DNA of 64,000 bases, taken from the NCBI GenBank assembly GCA_965112735.1, contig OZ218952.1:5146001-5210000 (forward strand), given 5' to 3'. Under the pieces are notes generated by a model. The model ran no database searches, had not been told where the DNA came from, and saw nothing but the letters and a program-made list of their open reading frames with translations. The first letter of the stretch is position 1. Each line of letters begins with the position of its first letter. The translations under genes and the position numbers were made by a program. The DNA is from Phaeosaccion multiseriatum. Its lineage: Eukaryota > Protista > Ochrophyta, other classes. Of the stretch, positions 24,501-36,500 are shown piece by piece.

Positions 24501-27500
24501 CCTCCTCCTCCTCCTCCTCCTCCTCCTCCTCCTCCTCCTCCTCCTCCTCCTCCTCCTCCTCCTCCTCCTCCTCCTCCTCCTCCTCCTCCTCCTCCTCCTC
24601 CTCCTCCTCCTCCTCCTCCTCCTCCTCCTCCTCCTCCTCCTCCTCCTCCTCCTCCTCCTCCTCCTCCTCCTCCTCCTCCTCCTCCTCCTCCTCCTCCTCC
24701 TCCTCCTCCTCCTCCTCCTCCTCCTCCTCCTCCTCCTCCTCCTCCTCCTCCTCCTCCTCCTCCTCCTCCTCCTCCTCCTCCTCCTCCTCCTCCTCCTCCT
24801 CCTCCTCCTCCTCCTCCTCCTCCTCCTCCTCCTCCTCCTCCTCCTCCTCCTCCTCCTCCTCCTCCTCCTCCTCCTCCTCCTCCTCCTCCTCCTCCTCCTC
24901 CTCCTCCTCCTCCTCCTCCTCCTCCTCCTCCTCCTCCTCCTCCTCCTCCTCCTCCTCCTCCTCCTCCTCCTCCTCCTCCTCCTCCTCCTCCTCCTCCTCC
25001 TCCTCCTCCTCCTCCTCCTCCTCCTCCTCCTCCTCCTCCTCCTCCTCCTCCTCCTCCTCCTCCTCCTCCTCCTCCTCCTCCTCCTCCTCCTCCTCCTCCT
25101 CCTCCTCCTCCTCCTCCTCCTCCTCCTCCTCCTCCTCCTCCTCCTCCTCCTCCTCCTCCTCCTCCTCCTCCTCCTCCTCCTCCTCCTCCTCCTCCTCCTC
25201 CTCCTCCTCCTCCTCCTCCTCCTCCTCCTCCTCCTCCTCCTCCTCCTCCTCCTCCTCCTCCTCCTCCTCCTCCTCCTCCTCCTCCTCCTCCTCCTCCTCC
25301 TCCTCCTCCTCCTCCTCCTCCTCCTCCTCCTCCTCCTCCTCCTCCTCCTCCTCCTCCTCCTCCTCCTCCTCCTCCTCCTCCTCCTCCTCCTCCTCCTCCT
25401 CCTCCTCCTCCTCCTCCTCCTCCTCCTCCTCCTCCTCCTCCTCCTCCTCCTCCTCCTCCTCCTCCTCCTCCTCCTCCTCCTCCTCCTCCTCCTCCTCCTC
25501 CTCCTCCTCCTCCTCCTCCTCCTCCTCCTCCTCCTCCTCCTCCTCCTCCTCCTCCTCCTCCTCCTCCTCCTCCTCCTCCTCCTCCTCCTCCTCCTCCTCC
25601 TCCTCCTCCTCCTCCTCCTCCTCCTCCTCCTCCTCCTCCTCCTCCTCCTCCTCCTCCTCCTCCTCCTCCTCCTCCTCCTCCTCCTCCTCCTCCTCCTCCT
25701 CCTCCTCCTCCTCCTCCTCCTCCTCCTCCTCCTCCTCCTCCTCCTCCTCCTCCTCCTCCTCCTCCTCCTCCTCCTCCTCCTCCTCCTCCTCCTCCTCCTC
25801 CTCCTCCTCCTCCTCCTCCTCCTCCTCCTCCTCCTCCTCCTCCTCCTCCTCCTCCTCCTCCTCCTCCTCCTCCTCCTCCTCCTCCTCCTCCTCCTCCTCC
25901 TCCTCCTCCTCCTCCTCCTCCTCCTCCTCCTCCTCCTCCTCCTCCTCCTCCTCCTCCTCCTCCTCCTCCTCCTCCTCCTCCTCCTCCTCCTCCTCCTCCT
26001 CCTCCTCCTCCTCCTCCTCCTCCTCCTCCTCCTCCTCCTCCTCCTCCTCCTCCTCCTCCTCCTCCTCCTCCTCCTCCTCCTCCTCCTCCTCCTCCTCCTC
26101 CTCCTCCTCCTCCTCCTCCTCCTCCTCCTCCTCCTCCTCCTCCTCCTCCTCCTCCTCCTCCTCCTCCTCCTCCTCCTCCTCCTCCTCCTCCTCCTCCTCC
26201 TCCTCCTCCTCCTCCTCCTCCTCCTCCTCCTCCTCCTCCTCCTCCTCCTCCTCCTCCTCCTCCTCCTCCTCCTCCTCCTCCTCCTCCTCCTCCTCCTCCT
26301 CCTCCTCCTCCTCCTCCTCCTCCTCCTCCTCCTCCTCCTCCTCCTCCTCCTCCTCCTCCTCCTCCTCCTCCTCCTCCTCCTCCTCCTCCTCCTCCTCCTC
26401 CTCCTCCTCCTCCTCCTCCTCCTCCTCCTCCTCCTCCTCCTCCTCCTCCTCCTCCTCCTCCTCCTCCTCCTCCTCCTCCTCCTCCTCCTCCTCCTCCTCC
26501 TCCTCCTCCTCCTCCTCCTCCTCCTCCTCCTCCTCCTCCTCCTCCTCCTCCTCCTCCTCCTCCTCCTCCTCCTCCTCCTCCTCCTCCTCCTCCTCCTCCT
26601 CCTCCTCCTCCTCCTCCTCCTCCTCCTCCTCCTCCTCCTCCTCCTCCTCCTCCTCCTCCTCCTCCTCCTCCTCCTCCTCCTCCTCCTCCTCCTCCTCCTC
26701 CTCCTCCTCCTCCTCCTCCTCCTCCTCCTCCTCCTCCTCCTCCTCCTCCTCCTCCTCCTCCTCCTCCTCCTCCTCCTCCTCCTCCTCCTCCTCCTCCTCC
26801 TCCTCCTCCTCCTCCTCCTCCTCCTCCTCCTCCTCCTCCTCCTCCTCCTCCTCCTCCTCCTCCTCCTCCTCCTCCTCCTCCTCCTCCTCCTCCTCCTCCT
26901 CCTCCTCCTCCTCCTCCTCCTCCTCCTCCTCCTCCTCCTCCTCCTCCTCCTCCTCCTCCTCCTCCTCCTCCTCCTCCTCCTCCTCCTCCTCCTCCTCCTC
27001 CTCCTCCTCCTCCTCCTCCTCCTCCTCCTCCTCCTCCTCCTCCTCCTCCTCCTCCTCCTCCTCCTCCTCCTCCTCCTCCTCCTCCTCCTCCTCCTCCTCC
27101 TCCTCCTCCTCCTCCTCCTCCTCCTCCTCCTCCTCCTCCTCCTCCTCCTCCTCCTCCTCCTCCTCCTCCTCCTCCTCCTCCTCCTCCTCCTCCTCCTCCT
27201 CCTCCTCCTCCTCCTCCTCCTCCTCCTCCTCCTCCTCCTCCTCCTCCTCCTCCTCCTCCTCCTCCTCCTCCTCCTCCTCCTCCTCCTCCTCCTCCTCCTC
27301 CTCCTCCTCCTCCTCCTCCTCCTCCTCCTCCTCCTCCTCCTCCTCCTCCTCCTCCTCCTCCTCCTCCTCCTCCTCCTCCTCCTCCTCCTCCTCCTCCTCC
27401 TCCTCCTCCTCCTCCTCCTCCTCCTCCTCCTCCTCCTCCTCCTCCTCCTCCTCCTCCTCCTCCTCCTCCTCCTCCTCCTCCTCCTCCTCCTCCTCCTCCT

Positions 27501-30500
27501 CCTCCTCCTCCTCCTCCTCCTCCTCCTCCTCCTCCTCCTCCTCCTCCTCCTCCTCCTCCTCCTCCTCCTCCTCCTCCTCCTCCTCCTCCTCCTCCTCCTC
27601 CTCCTCCTCCTCCTCCTCCTCCTCCTCCTCCTCCTCCTCCTCCTCCTCCTCCTCCTCCTCCTCCTCCTCCTCCTCCTCCTCCTCCTCCTCCTCCTCCTCC
27701 TCCTCCTCCTCCTCCTCCTCCTCCTCCTCCTCCTCCTCCTCCTCCTCCTCCTCCTCCTCCTCCTCCTCCTCCTCCTCCTCCTCCTCCTCCTCCTCCTCCT
27801 CCTCCTCCTCCTCCTCCTCCTCCTCCTCCTCCTCCTCCTCCTCCTCCTCCTCCTCCTCCTCCTCCTCCTCCTCCTCCTCCTCCTCCTCCTCCTCCTCCTC
27901 CTCCTCCTCCTCCTCCTCCTCCTCCTCCTCCTCCTCCTCCTCCTCCTCCTCCTCCTCCTCCTCCTCCTCCTCCTCCTCCTCCTCCTCCTCCTCCTCCTCC
28001 TCCTCCTCCTCCTCCTCCTCCTCCTCCTCCTCCTCCTCCTCCTCCTCCTCCTCCTCCTCCTCCTCCTCCTCCTCCTCCTCCTCCTCCTCCTCCTCCTCCT
28101 CCTCCTCCTCCTCCTCCTCCTCCTCCTCCTCCTCCTCCTCCTCCTCCTCCTCCTCCTCCTCCTCCTCCTCCTCCTCCTCCTCCTCCTCCTCCTCCTCCTC
28201 CTCCTCCTCCTCCTCCTCCTCCTCCTCCTCCTCCTCCTCCTCTTCCTCCTCCTCCTTCTCCTCCTCCTCCTCCTCCTCTTCCTCCCCCTCCTCCTCCTAC
28301 TCCTCCTCCTTCCCCTCCTCCTCCTGCTCCTCCTCCTTCTCCTCCTCCTCCTCGTCCTCCTCCTCCTCCTCCTCCTCCTCCTCCTCCTCCTCCTCCTCCT
28401 CCTCCTCCTCCTCCTCCTCCTCCTCCTCCTCCTCCTCCTCCTCCTCCTCCTCCTCCTCCTCCTACACCTCCTCCTCCTCCTCCTCCTCCTCCTCCTCCTG
28501 CTCCTTCTCCTCCTCCTCCTCCTCCTTCTCCTCCTCCTCCTCCTCCTCCTCCTCCTCCTTCTCCTCCTCCTCCTCCTCCTCCTCCTCCCCCTCCTCCCCT
28601 CTCTCCTGATTCTCCTCCTCCTCCTCCTCCTCCTCCCCCTCGTCCCCTCTCTCCTGTTTCTCCTCCTTCCCCTCCTTCTCCTGTCATTTCTACTACTGAT
28701 GAAGCCAGCTACTGTGCAATGCTCGTCGGACGTGGGCTTTGGAGCAATACATACAGAGTCATCACTCGTAAAACCATGTAGCCTTGGGCTGCTCCTCTTG
28801 TTCTGCTTTTGAGCTAGTATATACTCCTGAACCTCGTACTAAACCCCGCCCCTTTGTTCTGCTCCTGTGCCCTTCCTGTCTCCTCTCCTCTCCTCTCCTC
28901 TCCTTTGTTCTACCGTTCTCACTGCCACTGGGCGTCATGTACCATGGTGGTCATCACATCAGACTTTCCTGGAATATGTCTACAGGCAGGAGGAACCATA
29001 GACGGCGATACTTGCTCCGACTGCACATCGGGCTCCCCCGTCATTTGCGACGCGGCTTCCTATGTATGTCAGGTGCGTCCGACCGCAGCATGTCTGCGCT
29101 ACGTAAGAGGGGCTGCCCGTGTGCCCCTGCCTTGCTGCTCCTCCCTAGGCAGCTGCTGGTCTTGATCTTCCTGCTCTGCGCTTCTTCAGGCAGGCAGTGA
29201 AGAGTGGTGGGATTGAAACCTGTCTGTGAGGAGCGGCTTGCTTGTGCGTGAGTGAAGGGTGGGGTAGTGGCATAACGGGCGAGCGACTCACTCCTCTGTG
29301 CTTCCTCTATCCATTCCCCCTGCTCGATTTTCCTGCCCCCCCACCCCCTTCCTTGCCCTGCCCTTGGCCTTGCACGGGCTCCTCCGGCTCCGCTCTCTTA
29401 TCTCCCTCGTCCCCTTCCTAACACTGGCTGCTGTCCCTTGACTTCATGGCGCGTCTCACTCCTGCTTGCTGGGCTGGTGGGACCCTCGCCCCCCTTCACC
29501 CCCACCCTTGCACCGCCGGGACTGGGCAACCTCCGTCCCCCCCCCCGTCCGTGGGTGCTGCGGACGTGGACAACGCTTCTCATCCTTCGCGGCTCTCCCA
29601 GTCTAAGACATTTGACGTAAGTCTAAGTGTCACTGCTCTCTTCTGCTCTTGGCTGGGAACACAGACTCGTGTATGGTCATCGCCACTAGCTTTTGATGCC
29701 TGCACCACCCCTCGCTTCGTCTGCCTGTCGCTGGCCTACCAGTACGCTGTACTGTCGCTTGCCTTTGTGTGCGTTTGTCGAAAGTCCTTTTGGTGTGCAA
29801 TGCTCAGATGAAGTCATTCCTCCTGTAGTATTGCGCAATACTGTAGTAAGGCGCAATATTCGAGCATAGCACATTGGGTACTTTGACTTGACCCGACTGA
29901 TGCCCAACGAACGTCTTGGATGGCGTCACTGGAACCCCTCCAACGTGTCACCTCATGCCATGACCATCCTGTTGCTTGCTTGCTGCTCTTTGCTCGCCTT
30001 GCAGAACTGCGTCGTGGAGTGCAGCGCTGCCTATGTGTGTATTGTGAGTCGGTGACGTGAAGCCCTTTCCAGCTCGCCCCATCCAAAGAGCACTACTGCT
30101 GATTCGCCAGTTCTTCTTGGATCTCGAGGGGATGATGGGGAGACGAGAAATGGATTAGCCCTATCAACTCCGGCTCCCCCCCATCGGATGTTGCTTTACT
30201 TGCTCGACTCGTGTGTGGGCTGTCCCGTCCCCTCCTTCTACTCTAGTTGCTTGCATTCTTCATTTGTTGTCGGCTAGCCTAGCTAAAGGCTTCCTCAGTT
30301 CCCTTACCTTCCGGTGTAGGCTGATTTGCCTTGAACTAACCCCCCCCTACCGCCCTCTGCATGCATCGCACCACCCCGTGCATCGCAGGGAGCATCCTTT
30401 GTAGGCACATCAAATGCTACCTGCAGCGACTTTGCTTGCTTTGTAAGTGTCGCTCTCTTCTTTTGGCGGACTTTACATGTACAGCAGCCAGCACCGCCGC

Positions 30501-33500
30501 ACCCTCCTGCTGGCCTCCTTTTCCATCTGCTGCCGCCTGAGACTTGGCTTGTCGCTGCTGGTGCCCTTGGACTTCCCCCCCTTCTCCCAGAGGCTTCTTG
30601 GCTGTGAATTTGTGACTTGCTTGCTTCCTTTCCTCATGGCAAGCCCACAACCGGCCGAGCTGCACCGCATCTCAACACGCGCGCTGCCCCTTGTTCCCAT
30701 GAACAGACTTGTTTTGGCTGTTGTCTGCGCAAGACAACGCATCTATGCTTGGACTTTTTTGCACGCCTGTTGGTCCGGCCTCCGAGTGACAGAGTCTGCC
30801 TCATAAATCCCCCCCCCCGCTCATTGCCTGCCTGCCTGCGTGCTTTGCTTGCCTCTCCTCATCTGGCTGTGTTCATACAATGCACGGCGACTTTGTCTCC
30901 ACTTCGTTGCCACCACCAGAGCGCGAAAGTTTGCCTCTCACAGGGATCCCCAGGGGTAGAGGAGCAGGACTGCACGGCAAAGGTGACGTGCAGCGCATCA
31001 CTTGCTTGCCAGGTAAGTCGTCGCTGCAAAACAACCGGGGGAGGATTACTTTGATACCTTTGCACCAGTGGTGGGGAGCTCGACGATGAAGATGTTCTTT
31101 GCTATCACGTGCCAGAAAGAGTGGGCCTAGTATGGAGGAGACAGCATGTCAGTGCTTGCCGCTACGCGTGCGGCCCAGGCTGGGATCGTGGCCCCAGTCG
31201 TGCTCCTTGGCTCCCTTGTCGCCATCTTTGGCCACCACGTATGTCCAGAGTTTGCCTCTCTCTGGCGGCTCAGCCTGCTGCGTTGGCTCTTCCTGCTGCT
31301 GCTCTGCCTGTTGCTGCTCTGCCTGCTGCTGCTGCTGCTCTTGCTGCTCTACTTGCTGTTTCTGCTGCTCTCTCTGTTGCTGCTTTGCCGTCTGCTCCCT
31401 CTGTTGCCGCTCGGCGTGCTGACGTCGCTCCAGGCCTTCTCCTTCGAGTTGTAACTTCTCCACGAACTCTCGGGTGAGAACCTGTTCCCAGCGTGATGTC
31501 TGTTGCTGCTGTGGGGCTGGCTGTGCCTCCTCTAATCTCGTGTTCCATGTGACGGTTCCACTCTTGGTCCCGCCCCCACCTCCCCCGCTCGCGCTACTGC
31601 TGCTGCTCCTGCTGCTGCTCCTGCTGCTGCTCCCGCTGCTGCTCCTGCTGCTGCTCCTGCTGCTGCTCCCGCTGCTGCTCCTGCTGCTGCTCCCGCTGCT
31701 CGAGGGCTGGTCCTCGTCCTCGCTGTCATCCTCCTTCTCCGCTGTCTCTGGTAGCTTCCCCTTCTCCACGTGACTCCCGAACACCGTGCCGTCGTGTCTG
31801 CGGTTCGTCACGAATGTGTAGGACGAGCTGGAGATGAACCGCTTCTGTGAAGGGATGTAGAAAAGGAGACAGGCTGATCTGTGGTTGGGGCTCTGTCCCA
31901 CGTACACTGCCGAGTGCGTCTTGTCGTTGTGCCACTGCTTGTGCTTCTTGTTGCCCACCCGCACCTTCGCCTGCTCTCCGAAGATGTGTAGGTGCTGTAG
32001 GTCAGGCTTGCGCTTGAAATACAGCTCGTAGGGGGACTGCTGCTGCCCCCTCCTGCACCTGGTGTTGTAGAGAAGCTGCGCCAACTTGTACGCTACGAAC
32101 CTCAGCTGCTTCGAGTGCTCCTCCAGCTTCGCCTCCTCAATGAAAAGAATAGACATTCGCGCCAGCTCCTTGTGTCGAGCCTCGTTCAGTCCGTTCTGCG
32201 CTTGACAATTGGGGTCCGTCAGCTTGACCTCAATGCCCTGGGAGTAGAGCATCTTCTTCGCTGCCTTCGTCTTGATGAGCTCCGATCCGTTGTCTGCTGA
32301 CAGACACTGCACCTTGTACCCCGCTGTCCTCTCCCCTGGAATGAATACTGTGGTGTTGAGGTCGTCATACACGCTCTGGAAGTGCGCCTCCGTCTTTCCC
32401 CCCACCTTCCTGCACCAGCCCATACCCGTGTGCGGGCAGCACGCCTGCAACACGTGCTCTCCTTCGAGAGGAATGGTGTCGAGCGTTACCTGTGCCAGCG
32501 GTGCCTTGGGGTAGTCGATGAACTGCTTACTCTGAGCTGCCTTCGTCATCTTCACCTCTGCGCAAGTCTTGCACGGCGCCCTCTTCCCGCACAGTGTCAC
32601 GCCCTCCAGCTTGGCCTGTCGCCGTAGTTCTTGATCGTTGCGGTGGCCCTTCTTGCAGTGGTAAGTCATGTAATCACTCCACTGCTCCGTGGCCTCCTCG
32701 ATCTTGAATTGTAGCATGTCAAGCCCCAGCTCTGGGTCCTGCGTCGTGTGCACCGTCTCTGGTGCGTCTGCTGAGGGGCCGAAATAGACTGGCTTCCCCG
32801 CTGGCCTTGCGCTCCCCCCCAGTAGGTCTGAGAGGTTCTTCTCTGCAAAAATGCAGAAAGGTACGTCTGGCGACACCACTACCTCCAGCCCCTTCAGTCC
32901 TCTTTTGCCGTCGTTGGAGACGTAGCTGATGTTCACCTTCCCTTTGCCCATTATCTGCGCGTGCGACTTGCCGTCTGCGAGTTGCACTAAACTCTGATGA
33001 GCGCAGAAATCGTACAGTCCATCCAAGTTGGGCCACACATTGAGCGCCGATCCGCTGTCTGCGAGCCCCTGCCGTGTGCCATCCGCCCCCGACTTCAGCT
33101 TGGACATATGGTAGAGAGAATGGCCGCTCCCCCTCTCCTGTAGCGTCCACGGAATGCTGAAAATGGCGCTGGTGGAGCCTTCCACATGCTCGCCATCTTT
33201 CTTCTTCCTGCTGTTTGGGCAGTCTGCACGCTGGTGCCCCGGCTTGTGGCAGTTGAAACACAGCTCCTCCTTGGACGGACACGTCGTCCGCATGTGCCCC
33301 TTTCTCCCACACCTGTAACAGCGTGTGTTGGACCGATCTTTCTCTCCTGCCCCTGTGGTGGTCTGTCTACCCCCCCCTGCTGGTTGCTGTGTCTTCTGCC
33401 TTTGCTGGTAAATGTGGAAAAGGCCCCGCTCAAGGTCCTCTCCCGCCTCCCTCGCTTGCGCTTGGAGGTCACTGTCAAACCGCTGCACTTGCTGTTTGAA

Positions 33501-36500
33501 CCGATTAAACTCGTCCTCTGTTTCTACCGAATGACCGTGCACTTGGCCGAACGACTCCCATCTCTGCCCCATACGCCTGAGGAACTTGTCCTTGATGATG
33601 GAGTAGGACATAGGAAGCTGCTCCTCCGTCATCAACACGTTGAGTTGGAGAAACTTGTTGAGGTAGGCAAGTCCCGTCTCCCCCACCCCTGGCCTCAGAT
33701 CGTGCATCTCGGAGGTGAGAAACTCTTGTCGCTGTGACTGCGTGCTCCCCATCACTGCCTCCTTGATTGCCTGCATCAATAGTACCAGGTCCACTTGGAA
33801 CCGCGCTGTGCGAGTGCGTTCTTCTATGGCATCCCTCATGTCCGAGGGAATGGCCTCCAAAATCTTGAGGCCCGTCTGTTGGTACAGACTGAACGTCAGG
33901 GCATACTTAGAGTCCCGGGAGGCGTCGTCTGCGTTGGGGATCTTATCACTATCCACCAAGAATGCCTTTGCCCCCATCCCCCCTATGTGATCCGTGACCG
34001 CTCGCATAAATCGCAAGAGAGGCATCACTCCCTCCGATTCCAACTTCTTGTCAAACTCATTGTTCTTCGGCTTGAACGTGAGTTCCAGCAGCTGCTGTGC
34101 TGTACTCCCCCCCCCGCTGGGGGTCACTGTTCCTCCGACTGAGGAGATAGTGACTGGTGCTGCGGCCGCTGCCGTGGGCACTCCTTGCTGTGTGATGTGT
34201 TTGGCCAACGCTGCCGCTATCATCTTTTCCATCATTTCAGCCATCTGCTGCTGTGCGTCTCCTTCTATCGCGGAACTCGCACTGACGGGCGCCGCTGCGT
34301 CCGCCTTTTCAACGCCTTCTTCTTCCGCGCCTGGCATGGCTAACGAAAGGACTCCTTCTCTCTCACTTGAGTTATCCGACCAAAACTCGCCTGTGTGCCG
34401 TCGCCGACTACGTAGAACCAGCTAGCTGTGAAGTGTCGCGACAGCTGTCGTGTTGCGATATCTCCTCTACGATGACAGGGACAAGCTAGAGTAGTGTCAA
34501 CTCGTGTATTAATAATACCTACTGAGAGATGCGTTCAAGGAAGTGATGGCCGTGGCCATACATGAATATCGATATCCACATCGATATTGTACGTCGATAT
34601 AGTGCTCAGTCACAAATGGCGATACTTATCACAACACTCTCTTCTTCTGGCTGACTTTACATGTACAGCAGCAAGCACCGCCGCACCCTCCTGCTGGTCT
34701 CCTTTTCCGTCTTTGCCGCCTGAGACTCGTCACTGTTGGTGCCTTTCCCCCCCTTCTCCCAGAGGCTTCGCTCTTTGCTGTGAATTTGTGACTTCCTTCC
34801 TTTCCTCATGGCAAGCCCACAACCGGCCGAGCTGCACCGCATCTCAACACGCGTGCTGCCCCTTTTTCCCGTGAACAGACTTGTTTTGGCTGGCTGTTGT
34901 CTGCGCAAGCCAACGCATCTATGCTTGGAGTTTTTTGCACGCCTGTTGGCTGGCTGGTCCGGCCTCCGAGCGACAGAGTCTGCCTCATGAATCCTTCCCC
35001 CCGCTCATGATTGCCTGCGTGCTTTGCTTGGCTCCCTCTCCTCATCTGTGTTCATACAATATACGGCGGCTTTGTCTCCACTTCGGTTCCACCACTAGTT
35101 CGTGCTTGTTTGCATCTCATGGGGAGAAGTAGAGGAGCAACAGGAGTGCGAGGCGGAGCTGACGTGCAGCACTTCAAAGGCTTGCGGAGTAAGTCGTTGC
35201 TTTTCAATGGAACAAGGGGGGGGGGGGCGGGGGGGCGTAAGCAAGTCAACCTGTGGAGCTCACTCGCCGCTCAGTGCAGCTTACCGCAACCTTTGTGCGT
35301 ATTTTGATCCTCACGCGCAAAGCACCTGCTACGGATGCTGGCTTAGATGAGCTGCATTTGCTTGCCAAGATGTGGGTGGCTGACATGGAAAGAAAGAGGG
35401 CATGCGGCCGGGAGGCGATAGAAGGCACGACCGGAGGGATGAGGAGTCTAACTGGTGTACTTCCCACCCCCGCGACCCTCCCTCCTCTGGCCTTTCCTGG
35501 CCTCGCTGCACCCATCCGTCACCTCTGCAGGCTGTTGCGCTGTTAGGGAACTCCCGGGGCACTTGTGATGACGCCGGCTCCTGCGACGCCACCGACTTTG
35601 GGCCCCTTACGGTGCGTGCGCGAGGAGGGGGTGAGATGTAAGGAGTCCAGTAACGGGTTCATTTGACTTGGGGACTGTGCTGTTTGTTGCGGGAAGGTGA
35701 TGCCTGCATCGAGCTCCTGTCCTCACTGTTGTACTTTTGTCGAATTGCGTATTCTCAGGTTCAGACAACGACAGGAGGATCAGCGTGCTGCACTGGCGTC
35801 GGGTGGTAAGTCATCAAGCCCGAAGCAAAGCTCGATGCAGCGTGCGCGTGTATCCCCTCCTCAATGGCCGGCACGGTCATCCCTTGATGGTCATTTCCTC
35901 CCTTGCTGCGCTCGCCCGTACAAGTGTATGTGTGGCTGTGTGTGTGTGTGCCATTGCACGCTGCACCGTACTCCCTCACTCGCCCCTTCAAGCAAGGAAG
36001 CTCACTTTTATTTTCTCTGCCTGGTTTGTTTCGCTCCACAACCCCCCTCCCCCCTGTCTGCTCGACTCGTGCGACTCTTCGGCACGAGCGAAGCCCTGCG
36101 GACGTTATCGTATGCGGTGAGGACGATCCATTCATGTTCCTGCAGAGAAAGTGCTGAATAGCGCAAGGGGGCCTTGGAGCAACCCATGGAAGAGTCTCGC
36201 TTCCATCTATTTGCTGTCCCCTCCTTGTCTCCTGTCTACTGTCCCGCTTGATATCTGCCGCTTTTCATCGCACTGTGTGCACCTCGGATTCTTTTTCTGG
36301 AAGTGCTCTGCGGTAGCTAGTCTGACCCACTTTTCTCTGGTCTTTTGCGGCTGGGTCGCTCCCCGTCTCCTCCTGCCACGACGTCTCAGACATCGACGAG
36401 GACGGCATTGCAGACCATCTCGACAAGTGAGTGTTCTAAACTGTGGACAGACTGGAGTGGGAATGAAGATGTTGTGCGTGTTTGTGGGCGTGCTGATTGT

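Larger units (their letters stand above)
31028..34636 (-). mobile_element. Truncated and rearranged Ty1/copia LTR retrotransposon, antisense in an intron
   Basis: Domain order gag-protease-integrase is copia-type. The minus-strand 5' end TGTTG at 34636 abuts host intron-repeat sequence (CTCTCTTC...). No 3' LTR or RNase H was seen. Confidence 0.88.

Noticed and set aside
21794-28687. 2271-aa poly-Ser and 2221-aa poly-Gly ORFs
   Set aside because: They are stop-free readings of the (TCC)n tract with a single codon. Phase-matched exons on either side place the tract in an intron.
29190-29250. Extra exon candidate in the micro-exon gene (also ~37551-37610) and 6-nt candidates near 29665 and 38043
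   Set aside because: The longer candidate has stops or incompatible phase. The 6-nt candidates would break the 15+39 nt repeat register. Not included without RNA evidence.
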